Sequence record: PZ154897.1
DNA from: a phage
Length of the DNA: 64,000 nt
Direction: 5' to 3' (one strand)
Part shown: piece after piece, positions 33,007 through 42,386 of the stretch
Numbering within the stretch: position 1 is the first letter of the stretch
Layout of the letters: each line of letters starts with the position of its first letter
The notes under the pieces: model-generated
What the model saw: the letters and a program-made list of their open reading frames with translations, nothing else
Databases searched by the model: none
What the model was told of the DNA's origin: nothing
Position numbers and translations under genes: made by a program

Positions 33007-33467
33007 TAATAAAGGTCCTCAGAGTAAAGTTCTTTTTCACTACCACCACGTTCAATACGCACTTGTCCAGCATAAGTTGCAATAATCATTGCTTCTTCAC
33101 GTGTCCAATAATTACTATATTGGTCAATAAACCCTTGGTCATCATCACAAACTTGCTGAGTAACTAATTGGGGTTTAACTACATCTAAAACTGCTGCCAT
33201 ATCTTTAGAATAATGACGAGCACCCGGAATAATAAGAGTTCGTCCATCTTTTAATTTAAAACGGTTGGCTGCGCAAACAATCCGTCGTTGGTACTTTTGG
33301 TTTTCATCCCAGTATGCAGACTGCCAACAGATTTCCGGAACTTCTGCAAGAATATCTTCTTCTGTGCATTTATAACCATGTGCTTTAAATTTTTCAACAA
33401 GACTTTCTGGAGTCTCACGAGATAAAGGAACATTCAGCATTTTTAAACGATTAATAAATGGATTCAT
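33006..33467 (-). CDS. hypothetical protein (153 aa)
   Basis: ORF in array. Confidence 0.45.
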   Translation of the reverse strand: MNPFINRLKMLNVPLSRETPESLVEKFKAHGYKCTEEDILAEVPEICWQSAYWDENQKYQRRIVCAANRFKLKDGRTLIIPGARHYSKDMAAVLDVVKPQLVTQQVCDDDQGFIDQYSNYWTREEAMIIATYAGQVRIERGGSEKELYSEDLY

Positions 33468-33793
33468 TTAAACCATCCTTTAATACGCTGCCATAAAGTT
33501 TTCTGTTGAGCTTTGTTAACACCAATTGAGCGAATAACTGGTTGAGATTCCTGGAATTCTTTATAATCAGCAAGGTAAATTTCGTAAGCTGCATCCGTAA
33601 ATGAACTTATCGCTGCCATAAAATTATTGCGAATACCTACTGGAGCATCTTTACTTTCACGAATAATCATGTATTTACCGGTCTTAATCTTTACGATAGT
33701 TCCAAGATAAGCTCCATGGTACCAGATATCCCACCCCTCTTGAGTGGGTTCTGCACAACGACGAAGTTCATTGATAATTTCTAACTTGTTCAT
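33464..33793 (-). CDS. hypothetical protein (109 aa)
   Basis: ORF in array. Confidence 0.45.
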   Translation of the reverse strand: MNKLEIINELRRCAEPTQEGWDIWYHGAYLGTIVKIKTGKYMIIRESKDAPVGIRNNFMAAISSFTDAAYEIYLADYKEFQESQPVIRSIGVNKAQQKTLWQRIKGWFK

Positions 33794-33803
33794 TATTTAT
33801 TCC

Positions 33804-34439
33804 TCACAGTTCAGATGCTACAGTAATTACAGCTTCAATGTTTTCTGCCGAGCGTTTAATGTCAAGATACACATTACCGTTTTTAGCGATTTTACATGAC
33901 ATTCCGATATCAGTAAATTTCTGAATATGATGTTCCATCATTTTGTATCCAAAAATTCGCATATTTCCATTGTTGTTAATTTCAAAATTACGAATTCCGT
34001 GAGTGCGTTTTTCTAAAATAGCAAGATAGTTACTACGATAAGTTTCAACCTTTTTAAGAACAAATCCATTTTCATCTAAAAGTTTTAACATGAAGTCTTT
34101 ATCTTCTTCCATATCAGAAGTAATCTCGCGAGCTTTACGAGTTGCTCGTTTTTTCAGCAGTTCAGGAGCGTTTTCCTGCGCGTATAAAGTTGCCGCATTT
34201 GAAATAATATCCTGAGCTTCACCTGTAATGATTAATCCATCACCAGATTTCTCTACCAGGCCTTTTTTAATCAATACCCCAATATTACTATTAACTACTG
34301 CATTACCTAAATCTGGATGCACCTCACGAACTTCTGCAGCTGTAATGAAATCTTTCTTAGCAATGGTAATTAAAATCGCAGCAGTTTTTTCATTCAGAAC
34401 ATCGTTAGAAGCTTTGATGATGTAAGTTACTTTAGACAT
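33804..34439 (-). CDS. motA: middle-transcription activator MotA (211 aa)
   Basis: MSKVTYIIKASNDVLNEKTAAILITIAKKDFITAAEV...; matches T4 MotA. Confidence 0.95.
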   Translation of the reverse strand: MSKVTYIIKASNDVLNEKTAAILITIAKKDFITAAEVREVHPDLGNAVVNSNIGVLIKKGLVEKSGDGLIITGEAQDIISNAATLYAQENAPELLKKRATRKAREITSDMEEDKDFMLKLLDENGFVLKKVETYRSNYLAILEKRTHGIRNFEINNNGNMRIFGYKMMEHHIQKFTDIGMSCKIAKNGNVYLDIKRSAENIEAVITVASEL

Positions 34440-34519
34440 TTTCTAATCTCCGTAATTCTGTATCAGTAGTTGATAGTTGTATAGTACCACAGTATGCTTT
34501 GGTCGGCTCTCCCTAAAAT

Positions 34520-34669
34520 TTACTGCATGACTGTGATAACTGTCATAATAACACGTTGAATTCCGAATGCAAGAAGACCTCCTGCTACGGCTTGAACAAC
34601 ACCTAAACCCGCCAGTAAAATACTACCGGATACTAATGCAGCGCTTGTAATACCTATGAATGGACTCAT
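34520..34669 (-). CDS. small hydrophobic membrane protein (49 aa)
   Basis: ATG overlaps gene 52 stop (ATGA); hydrophobic throughout. Confidence 0.4.
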   Translation of the reverse strand: MSPFIGITSAALVSGSILLAGLGVVQAVAGGLLAFGIQRVIMTVITVMQ

Positions 34670-35994
34670 TTGATTTCCTCTAAATCTTTGGTGTATTCTG
34701 TAACTACATCAGTAGTTTTCCAATATTCGTTTTCTTCTTTTTTAGCTTTAGCTTCTTCAGCAAGTTTCTTTGCTTCGTCAGAAGTCATATGAAAAATGTT
34801 CATTCCAACTAGTTTATCAACATAAGAAGAATACATATCAATTTTAGAAAGTTCTTCGGTCAGTTCTTTGCGAGTTTTACCTTGTACAACAATTTCACCT
34901 GAAATTACTTTCTTAATGAAATGTGCCTTAGCAAAAGCTAAACGAAATGCTGATTCAGTTTCTTTGATTTTGTTATCAATTCGTTTTTGGACATAAGTTT
35001 TACGAACTTCAACGAAGTCTTTAATTAAATCAACTACGTTATCGTAAACTTGCAGCTTTCCTTTCTCATTAATAACGGTAATATTCTGGGAACGACGCTC
35101 AATCAACCCGAAGTCTTTCATAATTTTTGCATGGCGTTCTTCTTCGTTATCACTCAAAGAGTATTCTTTACGGATTTTAACTTTGAAGCCAAAGCCATGC
35201 TCACCACAAGCATCATCCCATGTAATGAAGCCTTTATCTTCAAGTGGGTCTAAGATTTTACTCACATAAGTTTCACGATCATACTTATACGGAATCTCAG
35301 TGATATTCATTTGAGTTCGTGAAGTAAACTTGTACGTTCCACGAATTTCATATTGACCGTCAATTTCAACGACTTCACCACGAAATTCTGGGAATTCTAC
35401 CTTCGGTTTAGTTACTTTCTTTCCTTGAAGAGCTTGTAGTACAGCTTTCTTGACAGAAGAAACACTATGAGGAAGAATGTAAGTTGCATAACCAGTTGCA
35501 ATACCGGAAACACCATTAAGAAGAACAGTAGGAATAATAGGCAAATAGAAAGCAGGCGGAATGTGTTCTTTATCTTGATGTACCGGAGCATATTCAGTAT
35601 CTTTATATACGTTATAGAAATTTTTACTTACGCGAGCAAAAATATAACGACTTGCCGCTGCTTTTTGAACGGTACGAGAACCAAAGTTTCCTTGACCGTC
35701 TAACAGAGGAAAGTTATTATTCCAAGTGTTAGCCATCAAAGCCCCCGCATCTTGTGCAGAGTTTTCACCATGATGATATCCAAGGTCTGCTACACCACCT
35801 GCAATAGAAGCAAGTTTGTGAAACTTATCTTTATTTCCTCGCGCCAAATCAAGAGCTCGAGCAATAACAAATCGTTGGACTGGCTTAAATCCATCAATCA
35901 TATTTGGAATAGCACGATTTTCAACCGTGTACATAGCATAAGCCAGTGCTTCATTATCAATGATACTTTTTAAATCGCGATTATTCAGTTGCAT
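34666..35994 (-). CDS. 52: DNA topoisomerase II medium subunit gp52 (442 aa)
   Basis: GyrA-like breakage-reunion domain; same length as T4 gp52. Confidence 0.95.
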   Translation of the reverse strand: MQLNNRDLKSIIDNEALAYAMYTVENRAIPNMIDGFKPVQRFVIARALDLARGNKDKFHKLASIAGGVADLGYHHGENSAQDAGALMANTWNNNFPLLDGQGNFGSRTVQKAAASRYIFARVSKNFYNVYKDTEYAPVHQDKEHIPPAFYLPIIPTVLLNGVSGIATGYATYILPHSVSSVKKAVLQALQGKKVTKPKVEFPEFRGEVVEIDGQYEIRGTYKFTSRTQMNITEIPYKYDRETYVSKILDPLEDKGFITWDDACGEHGFGFKVKIRKEYSLSDNEEERHAKIMKDFGLIERRSQNITVINEKGKLQVYDNVVDLIKDFVEVRKTYVQKRIDNKIKETESAFRLAFAKAHFIKKVISGEIVVQGKTRKELTEELSKIDMYSSYVDKLVGMNIFHMTSDEAKKLAEEAKAKKEENEYWKTTDVVTEYTKDLEEIK

Positions 35995-35998
35995 AAAT

Positions 35999-36139
35999 TT
36001 ACCATACTAGTGAATGTAGTGCCATAATAACATCAGAAATGAAAAGCACGACTTGAATTAATCCGAACATTACTCCATAATATAGTGCTATCAATAAAAT
36101 AGCAAGGGCTACCGAGTAGCCCAAGATTTTCTTAATCAT
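35999..36139 (-). CDS. small hydrophobic protein (46 aa)
   Basis: short ORF overlapping next small ORF. Confidence 0.3.
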   Translation of the reverse strand: MIKKILGYSVALAILLIALYYGVMFGLIQVVLFISDVIMALHSLVW

Positions 36140-36287
36140 TAGATAACAACGCAAATGTTAAATATGCACACATACCCTGGGCTAAAGCTTGTGAAAACAC
36201 ACTGCTAGCATCGATACAGATAGTTAAAACACATGCTACTATCCAACAAATAAATGAAATAACTCCTAATAGTTTTGCGATATTCAT
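36132..36287 (-). CDS. small membrane protein (51 aa), Ac-like by size and position
   Basis: 51 aa, GAGGAAA SD; position between 52 and stp. Confidence 0.4.
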   Translation of the reverse strand: MNIAKLLGVISFICWIVACVLTICIDASSVFSQALAQGMCAYLTFALLSND

Positions 36288-36294
36288 ATTTTCC

Positions 36295-36375
36295 TCACTG
36301 GCGTCCGAAGACGCCTTTAGTTTTAAGATTGTTACGATAGAACTGCATCACATGTTCATTATGGAAATTACTCAT
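36295..36375 (-). CDS. stp: Stp peptide (26 aa)
   Basis: [26 protein letters not shown]; ATG overlaps ndd stop; contains C(UUCG)G hairpin. Confidence 0.8.
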
Positions 36376-36830
36376 TAATATGCCTGCAAAACAAATTTAA
36401 AGTTATCAGCCAACATACGGTTCATTTCTTCAAGCGTTTGATACTCAGAATGATGATTACGAGTAAACGCTAAAGCTAACTGACCTTTTCCAAATCCCGT
36501 CGTCAGAGGTTTCATCTTAGAAGCAGGTAGATAAAATACTGTGTATGGAACATTATTATTTGCAATAGTACGCGCAAGCTGAGATCGACGCTGGCGAATA
36601 TGACTTAGAACTGCACTGAATCCTTGCTTAGAACGCTGATTACCTACATAAAATCGTGCAGATACACATGGACTATCAAATGGACCACCAAATTTGCTCA
36701 CTAAAAAGTAAAATCCAGGGTTAGACAAAATGTCTTTATGCGGAGTTCCAAAAACCCATTCACCGCCCTTGATTGTACCAATAACAGTTGCGCCTGCATT
36801 ATTCAAATCAGTAACAGTCATATATTTCAT
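36375..36830 (-). CDS. ndd: nucleoid disruption protein Ndd (151 aa), positional call
   Basis: 151 aa, directly upstream of stp as in T4. Confidence 0.6.
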
Positions 36831-36889
36831 GTTAATTTCCTCTAATTATTTTCTACTCCAAGGCCGCATGAATGCACACGGCCGATAAA

Positions 36890-37105
36890 TTAATCGTCGC
36901 AGTCGACGCTCAATTCCCAGAACTCTTCTACAGTATAAGTTTCAGTATCATTTTCAATACAGAAACGTTCATTGCTGTTGTTTGCTAAAGTAGCGTTAAC
37001 TGTCATTTTCTCGCTAGTGCTCTTAAGAGGAGAAATACGAATTAACTGATCACCATTATCTAAGCAAAAAATTTCGCCAACTTTTATATCTTTAAAAAAT
37101 TTCAT
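36890..37105 (-). CDS. hypothetical protein (71 aa)
   Basis: ORF in array. Confidence 0.4.
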   Translation of the reverse strand: MKFFKDIKVGEIFCLDNGDQLIRISPLKSTSEKMTVNATLANNSNERFCIENDTETYTVEEFWELSVDCDD

Positions 37106-37220
37106 AATTCACCTCAAGGAGTATAAAATCCAAATGCAGTTGTTGACCATCCCATCCAATATGGGATATTTGCGCCAATGTAAAATACAAGAATATAAAA
37201 CCAAATGCTTAGTAAATTCA

Positions 37221-37439
37221 TTATTTTACACCATTCCAAATTGTTTCAACCACAGATTTCAAACCATTTTGGTGAATATCCATTCCGACAACCGCCATCA
37301 AATAGATTCCAACCACAACTGAACCCAAGGCGAAAATCAGCATGAAAATGAATAAAGCTGGAAAAATATTATCGAAAAACCATTCCATAAATGTAAAAGC
37401 ACTGCGTTTACGCTTCATATTTTCCTCACATAAATCCAA
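37221..37439 (-). CDS. hypothetical membrane protein (72 aa)
   Basis: two predicted TM helices. Confidence 0.4.
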   Translation of the reverse strand: MDLCEENMKRKRSAFTFMEWFFDNIFPALFIFMLIFALGSVVVGIYLMAVVGMDIHQNGLKSVVETIWNGVK

Positions 37440-37539
37440 AGTAAGCGTTTAATACATCAATCATTAAAATGATTGGGAATATACTTAAAACTACTAGTAT
37501 TATAACTACATTCCATATAGCTTTAACAATCTTTTTCAT
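37426..37539 (-). CDS. small membrane protein (37 aa from ATG 37539)
   Basis: GGAGG SD upstream of ATG; ORF-track version runs through promoter. Confidence 0.35.
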   Translation of the reverse strand: MKKIVKAIWNVVIILVVLSIFPIILMIDVLNAYFGFM

Positions 37540-37564
37540 TTTCTGTTCCTCCGTAGTTGATAGG

Positions 37565-37600
37565 GTAATAATACCACAGAGGAACAGTCTTGTAAACAAC
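37565..37600 (-). promoter_or_regulatory. T4-type early promoter (GTTTAC, 18 nt, TGGTATTAT)
   Basis: revcomp of 37592-37597 is GTTTAC. Confidence 0.6.
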
Positions 37601-37782
37601 TTTTTTAAAAATATTCGTAATAAATGTGAATACCAACTACTACTGCTGAAACTTGCGCAACCCACCATGCACAAGCAATAAGTACAGAATTCAAAATTTT
37701 CATAATAACCTCATCACAAAAGTAAATGTTAAACAAATTAATGGAATACTAATTAACCAAACGAAACACCACCATAATGAAC

Positions 37783-38046
37783 TCATAGTTCAATCTCAGC
37801 GATTTTCATTTCATTACTATTAATAGCCGCTTTAAGACTATCTGAAAGAATTACATTCCAGTGGTCATTCATATGACCATTAACTAAGCGTGTAATTTCT
37901 TCGGGAGTTGAAAAATAAGGCGTATCAGACTCCCAATGCGATAGTCCCAAGCGAGTATAAATCATACCTTCATCACCGCTAGAATATTCAACTGACACAA
38001 ACTCATCAGTTATTTTATGTTTAGCGTAATAAAATTTAAATTTCAT
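37783..38046 (-). CDS. hypothetical protein (87 aa)
   Basis: GGAGG SD; downstream of early promoter. Confidence 0.45.
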   Translation of the reverse strand: MKFKFYYAKHKITDEFVSVEYSSGDEGMIYTRLGLSHWESDTPYFSTPEEITRLVNGHMNDHWNVILSDSLKAAINSNEMKIAEIEL

Positions 38047-38069
38047 TTTTACTCCTCCGTAGCTGATAG

Positions 38070-38106
38070 TTGTATAGTACCACGGTCCTTGTGGTATGTA
38101 AACTGT
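38070..38106 (-). promoter_or_regulatory. T4-type early promoter (GTTTAC, 18 nt, TGGTACTAT)
   Basis: revcomp of 38099-38104 is GTTTAC. Confidence 0.6.
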
Positions 38107-38119
38107 TTTGTGAAAATTT

Positions 38120-38677
38120 TTAAATGGAAAGATACCATCCGTTGTAGTTGCTTTTTCTTACAACCTTACGAAGGTCTTCTCTATCACCGATGAACTTCGG
38201 AGTGTACTGGATGACACCTGGATGAATTTCTTTAGTGTTGAATATAATTATACAGTCAGCGACTTGGTGATTCAGAATGGGCCCTAGATTTATTCCAGAA
38301 CCGTATGGATACTCTCCGCTGCATCCGGTTGTTACCGAAATCCAACGTGAGTCAGTTTGGTGTGTCTTAACTTCTACACGAAGCCCACAGTATTTTGGAT
38401 GCGCCAATACATCCCATGCGTATGTATACGGGTCATTAACATCCTCTTGGCCTTTGTTAACATACCCGCTTAGCCAATCTGCTACAAAAAACTCTGCATA
38501 TACAGCGATACGACATCTTTCAATAACTTCTGCTTTATCCTGATTAGGATTTTGTTTTAAAGAGTATCTTGCTGTATCAGCAATTTTGACCTTCATTTCA
38601 CTAGTCAAATCATTGTTCGATAGGGTAAATGTTGGAATCTGAAATAGTCTCTGTAAACCCGGATTCGTTTTCTGCAT
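38120..38677 (-). CDS. denB: endonuclease IV DenB (185 aa), positional call
   Basis: 185 aa like T4 DenB, upstream of rIIB side. Confidence 0.6.
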   Translation of the reverse strand: MQKTNPGLQRLFQIPTFTLSNNDLTSEMKVKIADTARYSLKQNPNQDKAEVIERCRIAVYAEFFVADWLSGYVNKGQEDVNDPYTYAWDVLAHPKYCGLRVEVKTHQTDSRWISVTTGCSGEYPYGSGINLGPILNHQVADCIIIFNTKEIHPGVIQYTPKFIGDREDLRKVVRKSNYNGWYLSI

Positions 38678-38743
38678 TAAACTTTCCTTTTACGTCGGAA
38701 TCACTGATATTCATATAATAAATCATAGTTTCTCTTAAAACAA

Positions 38744-38760
38744 AAGGGCCGAAGCCCTTT
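38744..38760 (-). other. intercistronic C(UUCG)G hairpin
   Basis: AAAGGGC-UUCG-GCCCUUU on minus-strand RNA. Confidence 0.55.
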
Positions 38761-38763
38761 ATT

Positions 38764-38958
38764 TTATTTGAATTGTGCAATTCTTTTCTCTAAACAATCT
38801 GCATAAGATTTCATTGAGATAAACTGCGAAAGCAACAGTTCTTGCTCAACTGCATTAACCGTTGAAAACTTTTCACTTTCTAAAAATTTGCTCAATGCAT
38901 TAATTTTGAGCATTAATTGATCGTATTCTTCTTTTACTCGTGCTTGATAACCTAACAT
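38764..38958 (-). CDS. hypothetical protein (64 aa)
   Basis: ORF between rIIB and denB. Confidence 0.4.
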   Translation of the reverse strand: MLGYQARVKEEYDQLMLKINALSKFLESEKFSTVNAVEQELLLSQFISMKSYADCLEKRIAQFK

Positions 38959-38972
38959 AATTTTCCTTAGTT

Positions 38973-38988
38973 AAGGGCCGAAGCCCTT
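38973..38988 (-). other. C(UUCG)G hairpin at rIIB stop
   Basis: AAGGGC-UUCG-GCCCUU. Confidence 0.5.
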
Positions 38989-39925
38989 ATTTAAATTGTT
39001 CAGTAACGTCTTCAACTACTTCGTATTGGCAGGTACGCATTTTAGCATCGTTGTAATCAATTGGAATTGATACTACATCGCGAGGATGTACTTTAACTTT
39101 TACAACTCGGCTGGTTGAACTGCCAAAGTGACGAATATAAGATTTAGAACACACATGCAGACCATGAGAACAAGTTTGTGTATCATCGTCATTCACACGA
39201 GTACGTGGCATTTTAACTACTTTACCCGGACTGTTATCAAAGGTGTTTGAGTGACAGTCAAAGTAATTGCTACGAACTACTTTCCAAGCATAGAAGTAAC
39301 CATCTTCTGTAATTTCAATATCGTTTGCTACCAAGAAATCAAAGAGTCGAGATACCGCTTTTTGGCTTGGGTTTTCCAACAGATTTTCCAAGAACGGAAA
39401 ATAAAATTCAAAGTTTTCGCCTTTTTCCATCGAGTCAAGAATACGATCAACCAAACCAGACCGCAATTCAATATTTTGATAGAACAGGCTTCCACCTTCA
39501 ATTCGAACATCGCCGGAAATATATTTTTCAACAGCGCGACGAACATTAATTTTTTGTGCCGCTTCTTCCAATTTATCTGCAACAAGCAGATTAAGAATTT
39601 CCTGGAAGTTTGAATGAGTATTAGGAGTTGCGTTATAAGTTACACCGTCAACAGTAATTGAAATGAATTTTTTAGATGCATTCCAAATAATGTCAGATTT
39701 AGCAACTGGAGCAATAACTGCATCGCTATTAACTTTAACTGTAATATCACCGCTAATAGTAACTTTAGGGCGTTTAGCTTCTTCAGCATTTTTCAAAACA
39801 CGACGGATTGTGTCAACCGATACATCCTTCCAATAAGCCAATTCCTGTTGGGTGTAATTACCGCTTGAATACAGTTTAACAATTTCAGCTTGTTCGTTTT
39901 TGGTCAGGCATTTAATATTGTACAT
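38987..39925 (-). CDS. rIIB: rIIB protein (312 aa)
   Basis: 312 aa, adjacent to rIIA. Confidence 0.85.
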   Translation of the reverse strand: MYNIKCLTKNEQAEIVKLYSSGNYTQQELAYWKDVSVDTIRRVLKNAEEAKRPKVTISGDITVKVNSDAVIAPVAKSDIIWNASKKFISITVDGVTYNATPNTHSNFQEILNLLVADKLEEAAQKINVRRAVEKYISGDVRIEGGSLFYQNIELRSGLVDRILDSMEKGENFEFYFPFLENLLENPSQKAVSRLFDFLVANDIEITEDGYFYAWKVVRSNYFDCHSNTFDNSPGKVVKMPRTRVNDDDTQTCSHGLHVCSKSYIRHFGSSTSRVVKVKVHPRDVVSIPIDYNDAKMRTCQYEVVEDVTEQFK

Positions 39926-39936
39926 AATTTTCCTTA

Positions 39937-42114
39937 TTAGGCCGCAAGGGCCTTCATAGTTTTAGCGATTTGAGAAACTTCATCATCACTTAAAGAGTTG
40001 CGATATCCGATGAAGTCGGAAACAATACGGAATTTCTTGGTAAACTCAGCAACCATTTTATCACTGTTTTTTGAAGCATTATTTGATAATACATCAAAAA
40101 GATTAGTTACTGTCCAGATGTCATGACCGATGGTATCTCTTCCACCATTAAAATATACACCCTGTAATGAACTAACCATATTAGCAAGTCGTGTATATTC
40201 TTCAGAAACTTCATCTACACTGAAGTACTTCATCATAAAATCTAACTCAGGATACTTGATAATTTTATCAATATATCGTTTAGCTGAACTTGAATAACCT
40301 ACATACTTATCATAATCTACATCATCAAAAGCATCTACATATAAATCACGCAGAGTTTCAAAAATACATTGGCACTGACCGAGTTCTTTTACCTTTTTCT
40401 GTAAAAGCGGACGAATAACATAAAATTCATTAATGCCAATAAGATTAGCCATACGAATCAAAATATTCATAGATGGATGACAGAGAGATGTAGTACCATC
40501 CATAGAGAAAATATCAGAACGATGCATATACGCTACATAACCAGTAATTTCATCTGCTTCTGATGTGAGCGTAAACAGTTCCTCTTTTTCCCAGCGCCCA
40601 TCTTTAATTTCAAACTTAAATACTGTAGCAGCTTTAGGACGAGGAGCTTTACTTTTAACTACCTTTGGAATATAGCTTTTAACTAAAGCTTCAATTTCTG
40701 ACAAATAATGAATGTTAACTTCATCACTTTCAAACATTGCCATAATATCAGGAAGTAAATCAATCTGTGATTCTACTTCCGGATTAATAAACAGAAGACG
40801 CTCGTTGTGATGAATATTTAAAGTGTTATTAAATTCACTATCATCTAATGCACGTGCTAATCCACGGACAATATTAACACGATTTTTAATATTATCAATA
40901 ACGATATTAATTTTTGTTGTATTAATACCAAACAGACGATAACTTGATGCAACGGCTGAAGTTTCATGGCTTTGCTTAATGCGTTTCAGTCGAGGGTCAA
41001 GATTTACTTCATACACAACCCCTGCATTGCATAACTTACTGTCAGGTTCAAACATGCTTTGCATCTTCTTATATGACAGATTTTTAGTCGTGAATTTGAC
41101 CGAATTACTAATCATATAATCTCGAGCAGAATATCCCATCTTCATCAATTCACGGTATGTATGACGAGGAGATGTAGATTCTTTAAATCGTTTTACATCT
41201 TCATTAAATGCCTTCTCACTGAGCTCTTTAACACGCTCAATAATATTTTTACGAGTACGATCATCTAGTGAAAGAGCCTCACGCGATGGAGCAATATCAA
41301 GTGAACCCATTGGAAACTTAATGTAATTCACTTCATTACGAATGCTTAACCAGTTACGGTCTCTAATAACACCGTCTATAGGATAAACAATACCACCATA
41401 GATAGCATATAATCCACCACGATCTGGCCAGTATCTTTCTGGATTTACGCCGTAATAATCATCAAAATCAGGAAAATAATCAATTTCGCGGTCAAGACCA
41501 TTAATGATAGCCAAATCTTTGAATGGTCGCATGATATAAGAAACTTCATAAGCAAAGTTTCTAAAGTCTTTTTCTTCAACTGGAACTACGATTTCAATAC
41601 CAGTTTTATCGTCTGGACCCATTTCTTTTACGAATGTAGGTTTAATCTGCGGACCGTCACCATCCATGTAAGCTACATAACCACGAATTTCGCCTTTATG
41701 ATATGAAGTGATACTAAACGTATCAGTATAACTAAACGGAGATTTAGAACCTAAACCAAATCCACCAATGAAATCATTAGATTCAGCCTTAGATGAACTG
41801 AAGTATGAATTATACAACCCAGGAGAATTATCATCACCCTGAATATCAAAATCGCTCATACCCGGACCAAAATCTCGACAAACAAATCGCGGATCTAATC
41901 GTCCTGGAACTTGAATGATAAATTTTTCAGGATTTCCATTAAGAGCATGGGCATCAATCATGTTGGTAATCAATTCACGAACCACTGCGCGAATCTTGTT
42001 TGTATACAAATCAGATGACAGAATTTTAAATACTTTAGGAGACGCTGTGATGCTAAATGCTTTTGATTTAGAACCATTACCAAGAATTGTTTCTTTTTCA
42101 GTGGTGATAATCAT
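39937..42114 (-). CDS. rIIA: rIIA protein (725 aa)
   Basis: 725 aa, GHKL-like ATPase N-terminus. Confidence 0.9.
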   Translation of the reverse strand: MIITTEKETILGNGSKSKAFSITASPKVFKILSSDLYTNKIRAVVRELITNMIDAHALNGNPEKFIIQVPGRLDPRFVCRDFGPGMSDFDIQGDDNSPGLYNSYFSSSKAESNDFIGGFGLGSKSPFSYTDTFSITSYHKGEIRGYVAYMDGDGPQIKPTFVKEMGPDDKTGIEIVVPVEEKDFRNFAYEVSYIMRPFKDLAIINGLDREIDYFPDFDDYYGVNPERYWPDRGGLYAIYGGIVYPIDGVIRDRNWLSIRNEVNYIKFPMGSLDIAPSREALSLDDRTRKNIIERVKELSEKAFNEDVKRFKESTSPRHTYRELMKMGYSARDYMISNSVKFTTKNLSYKKMQSMFEPDSKLCNAGVVYEVNLDPRLKRIKQSHETSAVASSYRLFGINTTKINIVIDNIKNRVNIVRGLARALDDSEFNNTLNIHHNERLLFINPEVESQIDLLPDIMAMFESDEVNIHYLSEIEALVKSYIPKVVKSKAPRPKAATVFKFEIKDGRWEKEELFTLTSEADEITGYVAYMHRSDIFSMDGTTSLCHPSMNILIRMANLIGINEFYVIRPLLQKKVKELGQCQCIFETLRDLYVDAFDDVDYDKYVGYSSSAKRYIDKIIKYPELDFMMKYFSVDEVSEEYTRLANMVSSLQGVYFNGGRDTIGHDIWTVTNLFDVLSNNASKNSDKMVAEFTKKFRIVSDFIGYRNSLSDDEVSQIAKTMKALAA

Positions 42115-42124
42115 AATTTCCTCA

Positions 42125-42328
42125 TTAATTCATATTGCGTTTAATAACTTCAGCAACTTCTAGTAGTTCATCTTTAGTTGCAGTGTCGGATTGAATTTTA
42201 TCTCTAATATCCTTAAAGCGGTTTTTAAACTCTTCGGCTTCTCCCATATCGAAAAAGCGTTGAATGATTCTATATTCTCGATGAACTGCTTTATCAAATA
42301 GTTCTAAATTTACTTTATATGATTTCAT
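42125..42328 (-). CDS. hypothetical protein (67 aa; rIIA.1 position)
   Basis: ORF in array. Confidence 0.45.
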   Translation of the reverse strand: MKSYKVNLELFDKAVHREYRIIQRFFDMGEAEEFKNRFKDIRDKIQSDTATKDELLEVAEVIKRNMN

Positions 42329-42349
42329 TTCAATATCCTCATTTGCCCA

Positions 42350-42386
42350 ATTAATTATACCACATCCTTGTGGTAAAGTAAACTAT
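42350..42386 (-). promoter_or_regulatory. T4-type early promoter
   Basis: revcomp of 42379-42384 is GTTTAC; -10 GGTATAAT. Confidence 0.6.

Noticed and set aside
34484-34515. Plus-strand MotA-like motif (TGCTTTG, 12 nt, TAAAAT) inside the 31-bp repeat
   Set aside because: Imperfect box and weak -10; the same TGCTTTGG at the gene 32 copy has no -10 downstream, so the match is probably incidental.
37426-37674. 82-aa version of the small membrane ORF
   Set aside because: The N-terminal extension runs through an early promoter; the internal ATG at 37539 has a GGAGG SD.
39938-39955. GC hairpin with GCAA loop
   Set aside because: Lies within the rIIA C-terminal coding sequence; no U-tract, so not called as a terminator.
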